This document shows positions 1-9,270 of a stretch of 51,289 bases of DNA, in pieces. The translations under genes were made by a program, and so were the position numbers. Below the pieces are notes generated by a model. It was not told the origin of the DNA. It did not search any database and saw only the letters and a program-made list of their open reading frames with translations. Positions within the stretch are counted from its first letter, which is position 1. The number at the start of each line of letters is the position of its first letter. This DNA comes from a virus (lineage: Duplodnaviria; Caudoviricetes): the IMG/VR virus record IMGVR_UViG_3300018062_000001, positions 1-51,289 of that record, one strand, 5' to 3'.

Positions 1-123
1 TATCTAAAAGTTATATAATCTCAAATTGAGATAGTCTCCATACTGTTGATTCTAAAGAATTTAGAAGTATTGACATTATAGACAAGACTTTGGTATTCTA
101 ATAAAATCTAGAGAGGATTAAAA
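1..123. repeat. Terminal direct repeat (circular assembly overlap), copy 1
   Basis: 1-123 identical to 51167-51289. Confidence 0.97.
70..99 (+). promoter_or_regulatory. Sigma70-type promoter
   Basis: TTGACA-18 nt-TATTCT with extended -10 TG, just downstream of the terminator at 51129 and upstream of ORF 126. Confidence 0.6.
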
Positions 124-125
124 AT

Positions 126-500
126 ATGAAAGTAAAAATAATAACTCCACCAAATGCACTAAATACTAAAAACTTATTATCAGAACGTCTTTATAAACTA
201 TCAGAACTACTCGCAAAAATAAATCCAAAAAATCAGACACATGGATTATTAGGTGGGGAATTTGGATACGGACAAAAATTTGAAAATTCAATTTTTAAAA
301 TGGAACCTTATTGTTGGTGCGCACAAGAGAATTGTAATATGTGTAATGGAGATGGTTCTAATTTTATATTTAAACCAACAAAGTTCTGTCTAAATTGGTA
401 CAAATGGATTGGTCGTTCAATGGAATTTGAGCCGCAGAATATCTCAGATAAAGAAATAAATAAAATGTTCGATTTGTGTGAAAAATCTATAAGGAACTAA
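126..500 (+). CDS. Hypothetical Cys-cluster protein
   Basis: ORF with GAGG RBS; YCWC..C..C and WYKWIGR motifs. Confidence 0.75.
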   Translation: MKVKIITPPNALNTKNLLSERLYKLSELLAKINPKNQTHGLLGGEFGYGQKFENSIFKMEPYCWCAQENCNMCNGDGSNFIFKPTKFCLNWYKWIGRSMEFEPQNISDKEINKMFDLCEKSIRN

Positions 501-503
501 AAA

Positions 504-1124
504 ATGTCTAGATATTCTAGAAAATCTCATATTTATTATGACAAATATCAAAAGACCAGAGTCTCTATTCATTGGTCTAACAAAGCCTCCGCCTACGCGA
601 TTCATTTTGAAAAACTTCCCAATAGCAAATGGTTTGCTGGTGGCAAAGAAAGATTCCAAAAAATTCAAACTGCCTTTATTGGCTTCATTAATAATCTACC
701 ATATGGAGAAAAAGAAAAAGTCATTAAGATTGATATAGTAAATAACGAAGAAGTCCAAGATTGGACTTACTATATTCACGAAAAACATCTTAATAATTTT
801 AGAAATTTAGTAGAATTGATGCCAGAAGATTTTGAGATAGACTTTATCGAGAAGCCAGATGAAACAGCAAGATTTACCAGTAAATTTATTCCCATAGATG
901 TATGGCTAGATAAGTTTAAGGAGATAACAGGTGAAAGCATATCAAATCTTGATTATAATGGAAGTCGTTCTATTTACCGCCGTATGTGTAGACTTCTCCA
1001 TCCTGATTATAATCCCAACGATTTGGAAATTGCCAGTAAAATGAGTGAATTAAATGAAATTTGGACAAATTTAGAAATATATCATTTTAAAACAAAACAG
1101 ATAGAACAATTACAAGAAGTATAA
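504..1124 (+). CDS. J-domain (DnaJ-like) protein with C-terminal J domain
   Basis: IYRRMCRLLHPDYNP...MSELNEIW: HPD motif between J-domain helices. Confidence 0.8.
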   Translation: MSRYSRKSHIYYDKYQKTRVSIHWSNKASAYAIHFEKLPNSKWFAGGKERFQKIQTAFIGFINNLPYGEKEKVIKIDIVNNEEVQDWTYYIHEKHLNNFRNLVELMPEDFEIDFIEKPDETARFTSKFIPIDVWLDKFKEITGESISNLDYNGSRSIYRRMCRLLHPDYNPNDLEIASKMSELNEIWTNLEIYHFKTKQIEQLQEV

Positions 1125-1139
1125 AATAGGATAATAAAG

Positions 1140-1364
1140 ATGAGAAGAATACAATGGAAAAGACCAATTTGGAAATTAGTAATAGATAAAAATTCAAAAT
1201 CACTAACAAATAGTATATATGAGGTATTTGATATTGTAATTCAATCTTGTGTTATATCTTGTATACATGGATCAAGAACAATATATTCAAAAGGGCCATT
1301 TACATTAAAGTGGCAATTACCGTCGGGAAAAGTTAAAGAAAAATTCGCAAAATATTATTCATAG
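1140..1364 (+). CDS. Hypothetical protein
   Basis: ORF in operon, AGGA upstream. Confidence 0.55.
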   Translation: MRRIQWKRPIWKLVIDKNSKSLTNSIYEVFDIVIQSCVISCIHGSRTIYSKGPFTLKWQLPSGKVKEKFAKYYS

Positions 1365-1390
1365 AGAAAACAATTACAGGAGATATAAAA

Positions 1391-1552
1391 ATGAAATTAT
1401 TAGTATCATTTGAATTAGATGATAGTGAAGAAATGGATGAGGATGATCTAATACAAAGTCATATTAAAGCAACAGAAGATTTAATAAATGATCTTACAAA
1501 TCAATTTAATATTAAAATTACAAACATAAAAGTAAGTCCAAAAAAGGATTAA
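1391..1552 (+). CDS. Small acidic hypothetical protein (53 aa, below ORF-track cutoff)
   Basis: AGGAG RBS; MKLLVSFELDDSEEMDEDD...; fills the intergenic gap. Confidence 0.65.
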   Translation: MKLLVSFELDDSEEMDEDDLIQSHIKATEDLINDLTNQFNIKITNIKVSPKKD

Positions 1553-1559
1553 AAAAAAT

Positions 1560-2288
1560 ATGACTGAAAATAACACCGGAATAGCAACAAAAGACCAACT
1601 AAAAAATCCATTCGGCAAGAGAGGTCTAGCCAAAAATATTAATGATGCAACAGAAACACTAGCAAAGCTAGACCCAAATACCCGCCAGAATCGTCTTGGT
1701 TTAGTATGCGACGATTCTGGTAGTATGTCTGGTGAGGCTATTTCAAACGCTCACACTGCTGTTTCAAATTTCTGTTCTAATTGTAAACCACAAGAAACAA
1801 GTATCTGTATTTATCCACTAAATGCATCCAAAAAAGAATTAATTTGCGATTATGATATTCTTACAATTTATTGGAATAGCATAAACGCAACAGGTGGAAC
1901 ACCATTATATACAAAATTAGATGAAATGATAGAAAATGAAAAAATTACAAGAGCAGTAGTTTTTTCTGATGGTGGGCCTACAGATGGGCGTATATGGATA
2001 GATGGAGATTTATTTGGAAATAATTCTGTTGATAATGAAAAAGTAAAAGAAATTATAAATAAATATAAATCAAAAGAAATTCCTATAGATTGTATTTTTA
2101 TCGGTTTAAAAGATTCTACAGGATATAAAGAACTAGAATTACTTGCAAAGCTAACTAATGGAATTTTTGTTCATTTTACAGATAGTAAATCCTTATCAAC
2201 AAGTCTCAAATATTTAACGCCGGGACTTAGAGGGTTACTTGCTAATTCAGAGATAAAGGAGAAAATACAACGTGGAGAAAAAATCTAA
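1560..2288 (+). CDS. von Willebrand factor A (vWA) domain protein
   Basis: MIDAS DDSGSM, GGTPL, VVFSDG, CIFIG. Confidence 0.9.
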   Translation: MTENNTGIATKDQLKNPFGKRGLAKNINDATETLAKLDPNTRQNRLGLVCDDSGSMSGEAISNAHTAVSNFCSNCKPQETSICIYPLNASKKELICDYDILTIYWNSINATGGTPLYTKLDEMIENEKITRAVVFSDGGPTDGRIWIDGDLFGNNSVDNEKVKEIINKYKSKEIPIDCIFIGLKDSTGYKELELLAKLTNGIFVHFTDSKSLSTSLKYLTPGLRGLLANSEIKEKIQRGEKI

Positions 2289-2487
2289 AATTAAAGAAAA
2301 AAAATATGACAAAGCAATGGATACTGTTATTGAAAATGCTAATTGTAAATTACTAGTAATTGATGTAGACTTTGGTACTGTATGGCATTTTAATACATTA
2401 AAGGAACTAATTAATAATTTTCATGATCAAAAAGTCTTATTAGATTATATTAATGAAAGAGAAACTTATTATAATAGCAAGGATTAA
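2272..2487 (+). CDS. Hypothetical protein
   Basis: ORF overlapping vWA stop; AAGGAG upstream. Confidence 0.55.
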   Translation: MEKKSKIKEKKYDKAMDTVIENANCKLLVIDVDFGTVWHFNTLKELINNFHDQKVLLDYINERETYYNSKD

Positions 2488-2490
2488 AAT

Positions 2491-3747
2491 ATGAAAGATT
2501 TCAGAAAACAAGAGGAGCCAGAAAAAAATGGACAATATAGCAATAGTTCTAGCATTAATAGCGATAACATTTGCGATAATCAATCTAACCAGAACAATAG
2601 AAAAGAAGAAATAACCGAAGAAGAAAAAAACGTCGTAAAATTATCTTCTAAGTTTCTCGGTCTAGGAATCAGAACAAAATTCGTTTACTATCTTAAAGGT
2701 CCAGTCGTTACAAATTATACTTTTACTTTATCTAATGACGTTCCACTTTCAAAAGTCTTAGGAAAGTCAGAAGATTTAGCATTATCTGTGGGCGCAGTCT
2801 CTTGTATTATTCAAAGAATAGGTGGAGAAATAGTTATATCTATTCCAAATAATCCAGAAGATCGCCAGATTGTAGATTTCAAAGACAATTTATATTGGTA
2901 TCTTCATAATGAAAAAGTGCGCGAAGCACGAATACCAATTCCTTTAGGTATAAATATTCAAGGACAAAAATCATTTTTTGAATTAACAGACATGCCACAT
3001 GCCTTAGTTGCTGGAAGTACAGGCGCGGGAAAATCAGTATGGCTTTCTTCAATAATTGAATCTTTAGTTTATAAATTTGATTCTGATTATGTTAAAATGT
3101 ATTTAGTAGATACTAAAAGAGTAGACCTGCCTCTTTTTAAAGACCTCCCACATATTATAGGACTTGCTGATGATATTAAATCTTTTCACTCAGAAGTTTG
3201 TTATCAAGTAATGGGAGAGATACGTCATAGATTGCAATTATTTCAAACTGAATCTATTCGTAATATTGATTCATATAAAAAGAAAACCGGAAACAAAATT
3301 CCATACATTCTTGTTATTATAGATGAACTAGCAGATGTTCTAGAATTAGATAAAGAACTTGATAGAAAAAAGGATGGAGAATATGAAGGAACACCCACAG
3401 TTAAAGCATGGCTCAAACGAGTTACCGCTATTGCAAGAGCAGCCGGAATACATATTATTGCTTGTACGCAAAGAAGCAGCGTCAAAATTATTGACGGAGA
3501 TATTAAAGCCAACTTTAACTGTAGAATCGCCTTACGTTTACCAACTGGCTTTGATTCTCGCACAATACTTGGAGAAAATGGAGCGGAAAATCTTTTGGGT
3601 AAAGGAGATATGTTAGTAAAGAAACCAGATACAGATATTCTTGAAAGATTTCATGGGCCTTTTGTAAGAGATGAAGATATTAAAGAATTAGTAGAAAATT
3701 ATAATCAATTAAAAACTATACTTTCCGCTCCAATAATATCACATTAG
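2491..3747 (+). CDS. ftsK: FtsK/SpoIIIE-family DNA translocase motor domain (no TM region, no gamma domain)
   Basis: MPHALVAGSTGAGKS, IIDELAD, ARAAGIHIIACTQR, IKANF, SRTILGENGAENLLGKGDML. Confidence 0.92.
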   Translation: MKDFRKQEEPEKNGQYSNSSSINSDNICDNQSNQNNRKEEITEEEKNVVKLSSKFLGLGIRTKFVYYLKGPVVTNYTFTLSNDVPLSKVLGKSEDLALSVGAVSCIIQRIGGEIVISIPNNPEDRQIVDFKDNLYWYLHNEKVREARIPIPLGINIQGQKSFFELTDMPHALVAGSTGAGKSVWLSSIIESLVYKFDSDYVKMYLVDTKRVDLPLFKDLPHIIGLADDIKSFHSEVCYQVMGEIRHRLQLFQTESIRNIDSYKKKTGNKIPYILVIIDELADVLELDKELDRKKDGEYEGTPTVKAWLKRVTAIARAAGIHIIACTQRSSVKIIDGDIKANFNCRIALRLPTGFDSRTILGENGAENLLGKGDMLVKKPDTDILERFHGPFVRDEDIKELVENYNQLKTILSAPIISH

Positions 3748-3772
3748 GGAGCAGGAAATTGGAGAGATTAAA

Positions 3773-3991
3773 ATGCATAATGTAATAACATTAAGACATA
3801 ACTCTGGTATGTTACGAGATTGTTGGTGGGAAAAAGATCCTAAAGATAATCAACCAATATTAGTTATTCGTCAAGTAAAATTTATTGAAGATAATGCACA
3901 ACAACCTATAACTAAATTAATTAGATTAACAAATAACGAATTTGTAAAATTAGGAGAATTAATATCAAAAGGTCCAGATATAATCAGTTAA
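3773..3991 (+). CDS. Hypothetical protein
   Basis: ORF with GGAG RBS. Confidence 0.6.
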   Translation: MHNVITLRHNSGMLRDCWWEKDPKDNQPILVIRQVKFIEDNAQQPITKLIRLTNNEFVKLGELISKGPDIIS

Positions 3992-4020
3992 AATTTATAC
4001 TTTACGGAGATTAAAAAAAT

Positions 4021-4203
4021 ATGAAAGCAGAAGAAGTTCAAACACAAATAATCAAATGGTGGCGCGAACCATCTAAACTAGATTGGACTATATTTGAGTC
4101 TTTATTAGTAGCTATACTAAGATCAAATGATTCAGATTCTAATAAAATAGAAATATGTAAAGAAGCGTTAGATGCTTTTACAAGAAGAGGATATTTTCAG
4201 TAA
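4021..4203 (+). CDS. Hypothetical protein
   Basis: ORF with GGAG RBS. Confidence 0.6.
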   Translation: MKAEEVQTQIIKWWREPSKLDWTIFESLLVAILRSNDSDSNKIEICKEALDAFTRRGYFQ

Positions 4204-4205
4204 TT

Positions 4206-4310
4206 ATGAAACTAGAAGAATGCCAAGAACTCGTCAATAAATTAATGTCCATTCATGTCTTATTTACTCTAGGATGGAAATTTAAATGGGACATTCACAA
4301 TGACGTTTAA
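4206..4310 (+). pseudogene. Truncated N-terminus resembling phage SprT-like proteins
   Basis: MKLEECQELVNKLMSIHVLFTLGWKFKWD, then runs into a GC-richer block; resemblance judged by eye. Confidence 0.35.
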
Positions 4311-4497
4311 CTATGATCACATAGCGGACGTGCTGTATGTAACATTTGAGCAGAGCACTACCGGTGTGTCGTATATCGAGAACCGTGAGGGCGACATCCT
4401 GCGCATTGACAAAAAATCTGGGAAAATTGTTGGTGTGACTGTTGTATTCTTCCTGCGGCGTGCCAAGCTTGGACCGATCACAGTGCCGGAGGTATAA
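4300..4497 (+). CDS. DUF2283-like small protein
   Basis: YDHIADVLYVTF...ILRIDKKSGKIVGVTV; markedly higher GC than flanks. Confidence 0.75.
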   Translation: MTFNYDHIADVLYVTFEQSTTGVSYIENREGDILRIDKKSGKIVGVTVVFFLRRAKLGPITVPEV

Positions 4498-4669
4498 TAA
4501 TCAATTAATATATTTGTTGTCTACATCATTGTAGACAAATATAAAATTAAGTGACTATAAAATGATACTAGCGGGCTGTGGAAATCTCTGTGGAGATTGT
4601 ATACGGCTGTCTACAAACTATTGTAGGATAAGGACTTATCAGCCTATTGCATTCACAGAGGAAAAGCTG

Positions 4670-4698
4670 TAGACTAAAGCCTAAGCCAATTCTATACT
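4670..4698 (+). promoter_or_regulatory. Sigma70-type promoter of the RHH gene
   Basis: TAGACT-17 nt-TATACT. Confidence 0.6.
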
Positions 4699-4724
4699 TA
4701 TACTAAAGACGAATTTAAAAATAT

Positions 4725-4928
4725 ATGGCCCGTGATTATAGACTTAATACTAATAATTCAGCGATAGCTGAAAAGAAAAAAGAAAAAAAAGAAAACTGGC
4801 CTGTTGTTTCTGCTAGAATACCAAATAATCTTAGAAAAAAATTAGAGAAAATGTATCCAAAAAGAGGACAGCTATCAGACGCTATAAAAAATCTGCTTGA
4901 GAATCATGTGCAAGTTTTAGGATATTAA
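4725..4928 (+). CDS. Ribbon-helix-helix (Arc/CopG-like) regulator
   Basis: Beta strand VVSARIP followed by helices NLRKKLEKM and LSDAIKNLLENH. Confidence 0.65.
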   Translation: MARDYRLNTNNSAIAEKKKEKKENWPVVSARIPNNLRKKLEKMYPKRGQLSDAIKNLLENHVQVLGY

Positions 4929-4941
4929 AGGTGATAAAAAT

Positions 4942-5607
4942 ATGATAGAAAATATAACAGAAGATTCTTCTGTTGATAAATCAGAAGTAATTCTTCTAGA
5001 GAATTATGATTACCAACAAGAAAATATTAACAAAATATTACACCCCGAAGAGTGGCCTGCCTCATTAATAAAATGCGTTTTTGATTGTTCCAGCGAAGAA
5101 ACAAAATCCTGCCTAAAATGTCATAGAAACTATTGTATTCTTCATTCTTCTAGAATATCCTCGAATTTTTGTCAAGACTGCTTTAAAAATCTATCTCTAA
5201 TAGTAGATAAGTTTGAACGTAGAGTAGAAGATTATGATTCTGTTACTGATACAGTAACAACAAAGAAAGAATCTTGCAAAAGACTTAAATTTGATGGTCC
5301 TGACTGGATATTCTATACAGCATGGATAGATAAATTAACAGATGATGAATTACAAACAGTCTGGGAGTTTCACTTCTTCGTTTTAAAACTTATAGAACAA
5401 CAAAATGAAATTCGCGGTGCAAAAAGAAGAGATCAATTAAAATCTAAATCTACTCAATTTATGAGTGGAGTACAGGTAACAACTACTAAAGAAACAAGGA
5501 CTAGAAAAGAAGTAAAGCCGAAAGACCCATTAATTGAACTTAAGAAAATATTTCCAAATAAAAGCGAAGATTTTTACAAACAAATGATGGCGGTGATGAA
5601 ACCATGA
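4942..5607 (+). CDS. Zinc-finger protein
   Basis: CxxxC...CxxC...YCxxH...CxxC. Confidence 0.7.
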   Translation: MIENITEDSSVDKSEVILLENYDYQQENINKILHPEEWPASLIKCVFDCSSEETKSCLKCHRNYCILHSSRISSNFCQDCFKNLSLIVDKFERRVEDYDSVTDTVTTKKESCKRLKFDGPDWIFYTAWIDKLTDDELQTVWEFHFFVLKLIEQQNEIRGAKRRDQLKSKSTQFMSGVQVTTTKETRTRKEVKPKDPLIELKKIFPNKSEDFYKQMMAVMKP

Positions 5608-5867
5608 AAAAAATAATATTATTATTTATATGGTTACTATGTGGATTTTTTGCTTGGGAAGTTAACTTAGCAGAGAATTCTAATGAGTATGTTCCTTTTG
5701 CAATTAGTTATAAAGATAGTTCACTTGATTGTCGCCATCAACAAGCATTTGCAATTATCTGGGGTGAAGCATTTGGACCAATTTCTTTAATTATTGCTCT
5801 TGAAAACTCTGGTTTCGCAGAACATGGACTAAAATGGACTTGTAATGTTGATGAAAATGTAAAATAA
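5604..5867 (+). CDS. Membrane/exported hypothetical protein
   Basis: Hydrophobic N-terminus and second hydrophobic segment; ATGA coupling. Confidence 0.65.
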   Translation: MKKIILLFIWLLCGFFAWEVNLAENSNEYVPFAISYKDSSLDCRHQQAFAIIWGEAFGPISLIIALENSGFAEHGLKWTCNVDENVK

Positions 5868-5872
5868 AAAAT

Positions 5873-7210
5873 ATGACACCAGAACAAGCATCACAAAAAT
5901 ATAAATGGGTTAAATATAATTCTTCTACAAATACAGTAGAATTATATCTTGACCATCATATGTTATCTTGGGCCAGAATGTGTGAAGCTGGATTTTACTT
6001 TCAACACATTTTGAAAATAAATCCTAGTTATAAAAGAGTAGAGGCTCCAAAAATACCAATTTTAAGACCAACAAACACAGAGAAAGAAATTATAGATTCT
6101 ACATTAGAAGGATTAATAGATAATCAAAAAGAAGAAAGTGAAAGATTAGAAAATATAAGAGCCTCAATACACAAACCTTGGTTCCTAGAATTCGGTGAAT
6201 ATCTTCATTATATGTTTGAAATTTATTACAAATCTTTTATTCATCGAGAAAAATCTTATATCTTAGATTATCTATTATCTCCCACACAACAGTGTCTTAA
6301 TCTTACAGATTTCTTAAACATTGGTAAAAAAGTATGGAATTTAATGGATATAGAGTGGTTTGCAGGCATAAATGAAAAGAAACCCGGAAATGTAGATTCT
6401 GCTAGTCACAAAAGATATTATGAAGTTGGAGGATGGAAGGGAGTTAGTAGTCTACTAACACAATATTATGTATATTATCAAGATTTGAGAGTTAGAATTA
6501 TAGATACAGAAATTATATTTGGGTATAATAAAGAAGTAAAAATTGGAGAATTTAATTTAATAACTGATTATTGGAAAGAGAGGTCTCCATATGGATCGTG
6601 GGATGAGGATAAAATAGAAACAATAGAAATTAATTGTTTTCTAACAGGCCGCATTGATCTTCTAATAGACAACGGCTATAAAATTGGTCCAGTAGATCAT
6701 AAACATTCTCATAAATTTTACGGAGATGAATCAGATCATTATAATCCACAAGATGCGATTACTGGATATATATTAGCAACACGCGAAATAATGCAAAGAA
6801 ATTATCCCAAGTATTTTGAAACTGGGCGCGAGTGTCTTAGTGCTTGGGTCTATCATATCTGCGCCACAGAGCCATCAGAACCAAGAGATAAAAATAAATC
6901 AAGACAACCAAGATTTAAGACAACTCCAATAGATAAATCACCACAACAATTAGAAGATTTTAAAAAGCGTCAACTAAGTACATTTAAAAGAATAGCAGAG
7001 TTATTATTTAATGATAAAACTCCAGAATGGAATACTCTTGTATGTAACAACATATTCAATAGAGATTGCATGTATAAAGATATACATGAAAGAAGTCCCG
7101 AACAGTGGGAAAATATCATTAGAGAATATTATTTAGTTGGACAAGAATGGAATCCTAGAGAAAGAGATAGTGATAAAATTGATGAGATTTTAAAAATAGA
7201 AAGAATATGA
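5873..7210 (+). CDS. PD-(D/E)XK (RecB/Cas4-like) exonuclease
   Basis: FGEYLH, LTGRIDLL, VDHK, terminal C..FNRDCMYKDI. Confidence 0.8.
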   Translation: MTPEQASQKYKWVKYNSSTNTVELYLDHHMLSWARMCEAGFYFQHILKINPSYKRVEAPKIPILRPTNTEKEIIDSTLEGLIDNQKEESERLENIRASIHKPWFLEFGEYLHYMFEIYYKSFIHREKSYILDYLLSPTQQCLNLTDFLNIGKKVWNLMDIEWFAGINEKKPGNVDSASHKRYYEVGGWKGVSSLLTQYYVYYQDLRVRIIDTEIIFGYNKEVKIGEFNLITDYWKERSPYGSWDEDKIETIEINCFLTGRIDLLIDNGYKIGPVDHKHSHKFYGDESDHYNPQDAITGYILATREIMQRNYPKYFETGRECLSAWVYHICATEPSEPRDKNKSRQPRFKTTPIDKSPQQLEDFKKRQLSTFKRIAELLFNDKTPEWNTLVCNNIFNRDCMYKDIHERSPEQWENIIREYYLVGQEWNPRERDSDKIDEILKIERI

Positions 7211-7371
7211 TATTCCTATGCGGAATTTGTGGAGAAGGATTGTTTAAACCCAAATTTAGAACTTTGTACGATCTTATAGATCATTGGGCTAATAAACATC
7301 AAAGAAGAAAATATGATATTAAATACAATTTAGCGTGGCGACTATTAAAAATATGGCCGATGAATAGGTGA
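7207..7371 (+). CDS. Small C2H2-like zinc-finger protein (54 aa)
   Basis: ATGA coupling; CGIC...DHWANKH. Confidence 0.55.
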   Translation: MIFLCGICGEGLFKPKFRTLYDLIDHWANKHQRRKYDIKYNLAWRLLKIWPMNR

Positions 7372-7378
7372 GAAATAT

Positions 7379-8194
7379 ATGTCAGAACAAGATTTACTCG
7401 CAAATATGTTTCAATATATAGAAGGAGCTAAAAGAGCAGAAGATATTATAGCTGGAGATAGAATACATGCTGCTCTTTGTGGTCCATCTGGAACAGGTAA
7501 AACATATAATACATGTATATCAGCTAGAAAGCCTATATTTGTTGCTGATTTTGATGATAGAAGGGCATCTGTAGCACAACTACCGGAAGTAATCATAAAA
7601 ACTTATACTGACAAATATGATGATACTCCTGAAGCATGGGGGAACTTTGAACAGGATTTAGGAATTTTTGAAATGCTTAAACAAAGAACTCCTTCTGAAT
7701 TACCATTTAAATCATTAATACTTTCTAGTATAACATATTTGAGAAAATATGCAGAACATCAATCTCTTAAAGACTGTGCTTCAAAAATAAAATCTAGAGA
7801 ATTAAAAATAGGACAAGTAAAATATCTAATTCCTAAAGATTGGGATGCAGTTAATAGTGTTCAGCATATGTTAGAAACATTAATTGAAAGATTATATCGT
7901 CTTGATATAGATATATATGCTGAATTTCATATAAAACAAGAAAAAGATAAATCTAAATCAACACCAGAGAATCCAGTATATAAAGAAAGTTTTACTGTCG
8001 AACCGGAATATCTTGCTATGCTTCTTCCCAAATTTGATGAAGTTTATAGAACTTTTGTAGAGAATGGAGAATTTAAAATGCAAGTACGTCCTGATGCTTA
8101 TTTTGGAGCAAAATCGGCCTTAAGACCTAGTGAAGATATTGTAAAACAAGATATACAAGAAATGATTAAAAAATATCAAGATTCTTCCAAATAA
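7379..8194 (+). CDS. AAA_24 / Sak4-like P-loop ATPase
   Basis: GPSGTGKT Walker A; lies between nuclease and SSB; PKFDEV motif. Confidence 0.8.
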   Translation: MSEQDLLANMFQYIEGAKRAEDIIAGDRIHAALCGPSGTGKTYNTCISARKPIFVADFDDRRASVAQLPEVIIKTYTDKYDDTPEAWGNFEQDLGIFEMLKQRTPSELPFKSLILSSITYLRKYAEHQSLKDCASKIKSRELKIGQVKYLIPKDWDAVNSVQHMLETLIERLYRLDIDIYAEFHIKQEKDKSKSTPENPVYKESFTVEPEYLAMLLPKFDEVYRTFVENGEFKMQVRPDAYFGAKSALRPSEDIVKQDIQEMIKKYQDSSK

Positions 8195-8251
8195 ATTTTG
8201 GAGAATAATTGGCAGGAATAGCCTAAAAATCCATTAAAAAGGAGCTACAAT

Positions 8252-8776
8252 ATGTGTCCTGTTAGAATGGGTGTTGACCCAGAAACAACTAAAGCACCAA
8301 AACCAGTACCAGCAGGATGGTATGATTTAAAAGTAAAAGCACTTAGAGCAAAATACACCAAAGGAACAAAACCAGAGGATGGTAAAATTAACTATGAAAT
8401 CGATACGAATGTTGTATCAGCTCGCGATCCAAATCATAATGATTCCTTTGTTATGGTTAGAGCAAATAATGGTCCATTTCAAGGTTTTGCAGTAGTTGAT
8501 ATTTGTCATGGAGCTGGATTACATATAGAAAAAGATGGTAGTTGGCCCGGTGGTTTATCAGCATGGTCTTTTGATCCTAAAGACCCTGAAAATGTAGAAA
8601 AAGCTCAATACAAAGGCCCATTACTGGGAAGAGTCTTAAATGCTGAAGTAATTACAACGTCATGGGAAGGAAATGAAAGAAATTCAGTTAAACAAATAAG
8701 GTGTAAAGTACCGGATTGCGCTGTAAAATTTCCAGATATTAGACATAGACTGGATTTGCTTGGAAAGAATAAATAA
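8252..8776 (+). CDS. Putative ssDNA-binding protein (DUF669-like)
   Basis: PVPAGWYDLKV, WEGNERNSVK; synteny with AAA ATPase. Confidence 0.65.
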   Translation: MCPVRMGVDPETTKAPKPVPAGWYDLKVKALRAKYTKGTKPEDGKINYEIDTNVVSARDPNHNDSFVMVRANNGPFQGFAVVDICHGAGLHIEKDGSWPGGLSAWSFDPKDPENVEKAQYKGPLLGRVLNAEVITTSWEGNERNSVKQIRCKVPDCAVKFPDIRHRLDLLGKNK

Positions 8777-8865
8777 ATTTATTAAGTTTGTTTGCCAAGG
8801 CATTCTATTATTATGCTACAAGTATAGTGTTATGGGAGCATTATACTTAACCTGCAATAATAGAT

Positions 8866-9270
8866 ATGAGTCCTAGCAAACAACTGTCGCCTCTCAAGGT
8901 TACATATTACCTTATCACACACAGACATTATCGGGCATGGAGAGGAATCCCGATAATAAATTTTATGCCAATATATACAGAAAATGGATATAGAATAGAA
9001 ACATGGATTTGTCAAAGATGTTATTTTGAAAATACATGGGAATGTATATGTTGTATAGCATGTACTGGAAATAATATGCTAACAGAAGAAAGAATAAAAC
9101 AACTTGCTCATATTTCTAAAAAATTAGAACATATGATAGAAGTAGAAAAATTTTCACCCTTTACAGAAGAAGAAGAATTTCATTTAAGAACAATTTTATC
9201 ACAAGTAATTAGGAGACATACTTTATATGGCGGAACAAAAAGAAAAAATGAATCGTCAACAATATCTTGA
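8866..9270 (+). CDS. Hypothetical protein (start uncertain)
   Basis: ORF with CxxC...CxxC; true start may be internal. Confidence 0.4.
   Translation: MSPSKQLSPLKVTYYLITHRHYRAWRGIPIINFMPIYTENGYRIETWICQRCYFENTWECICCIACTGNNMLTEERIKQLAHISKKLEHMIEVEKFSPFTEEEEFHLRTILSQVIRRHTLYGGTKRKNESSTIS

Noticed and set aside
1-123. 123-bp direct repeat as a biological terminal repeat
   Set aside because: An exact end overlap is most simply an assembler circularisation overlap; physical termini cannot be inferred from it
4576-4660. DnaA-box cluster (TGTGGAAAT, TGTGGAGAT)
   Set aside because: Only mismatched boxes; too weak to call an origin
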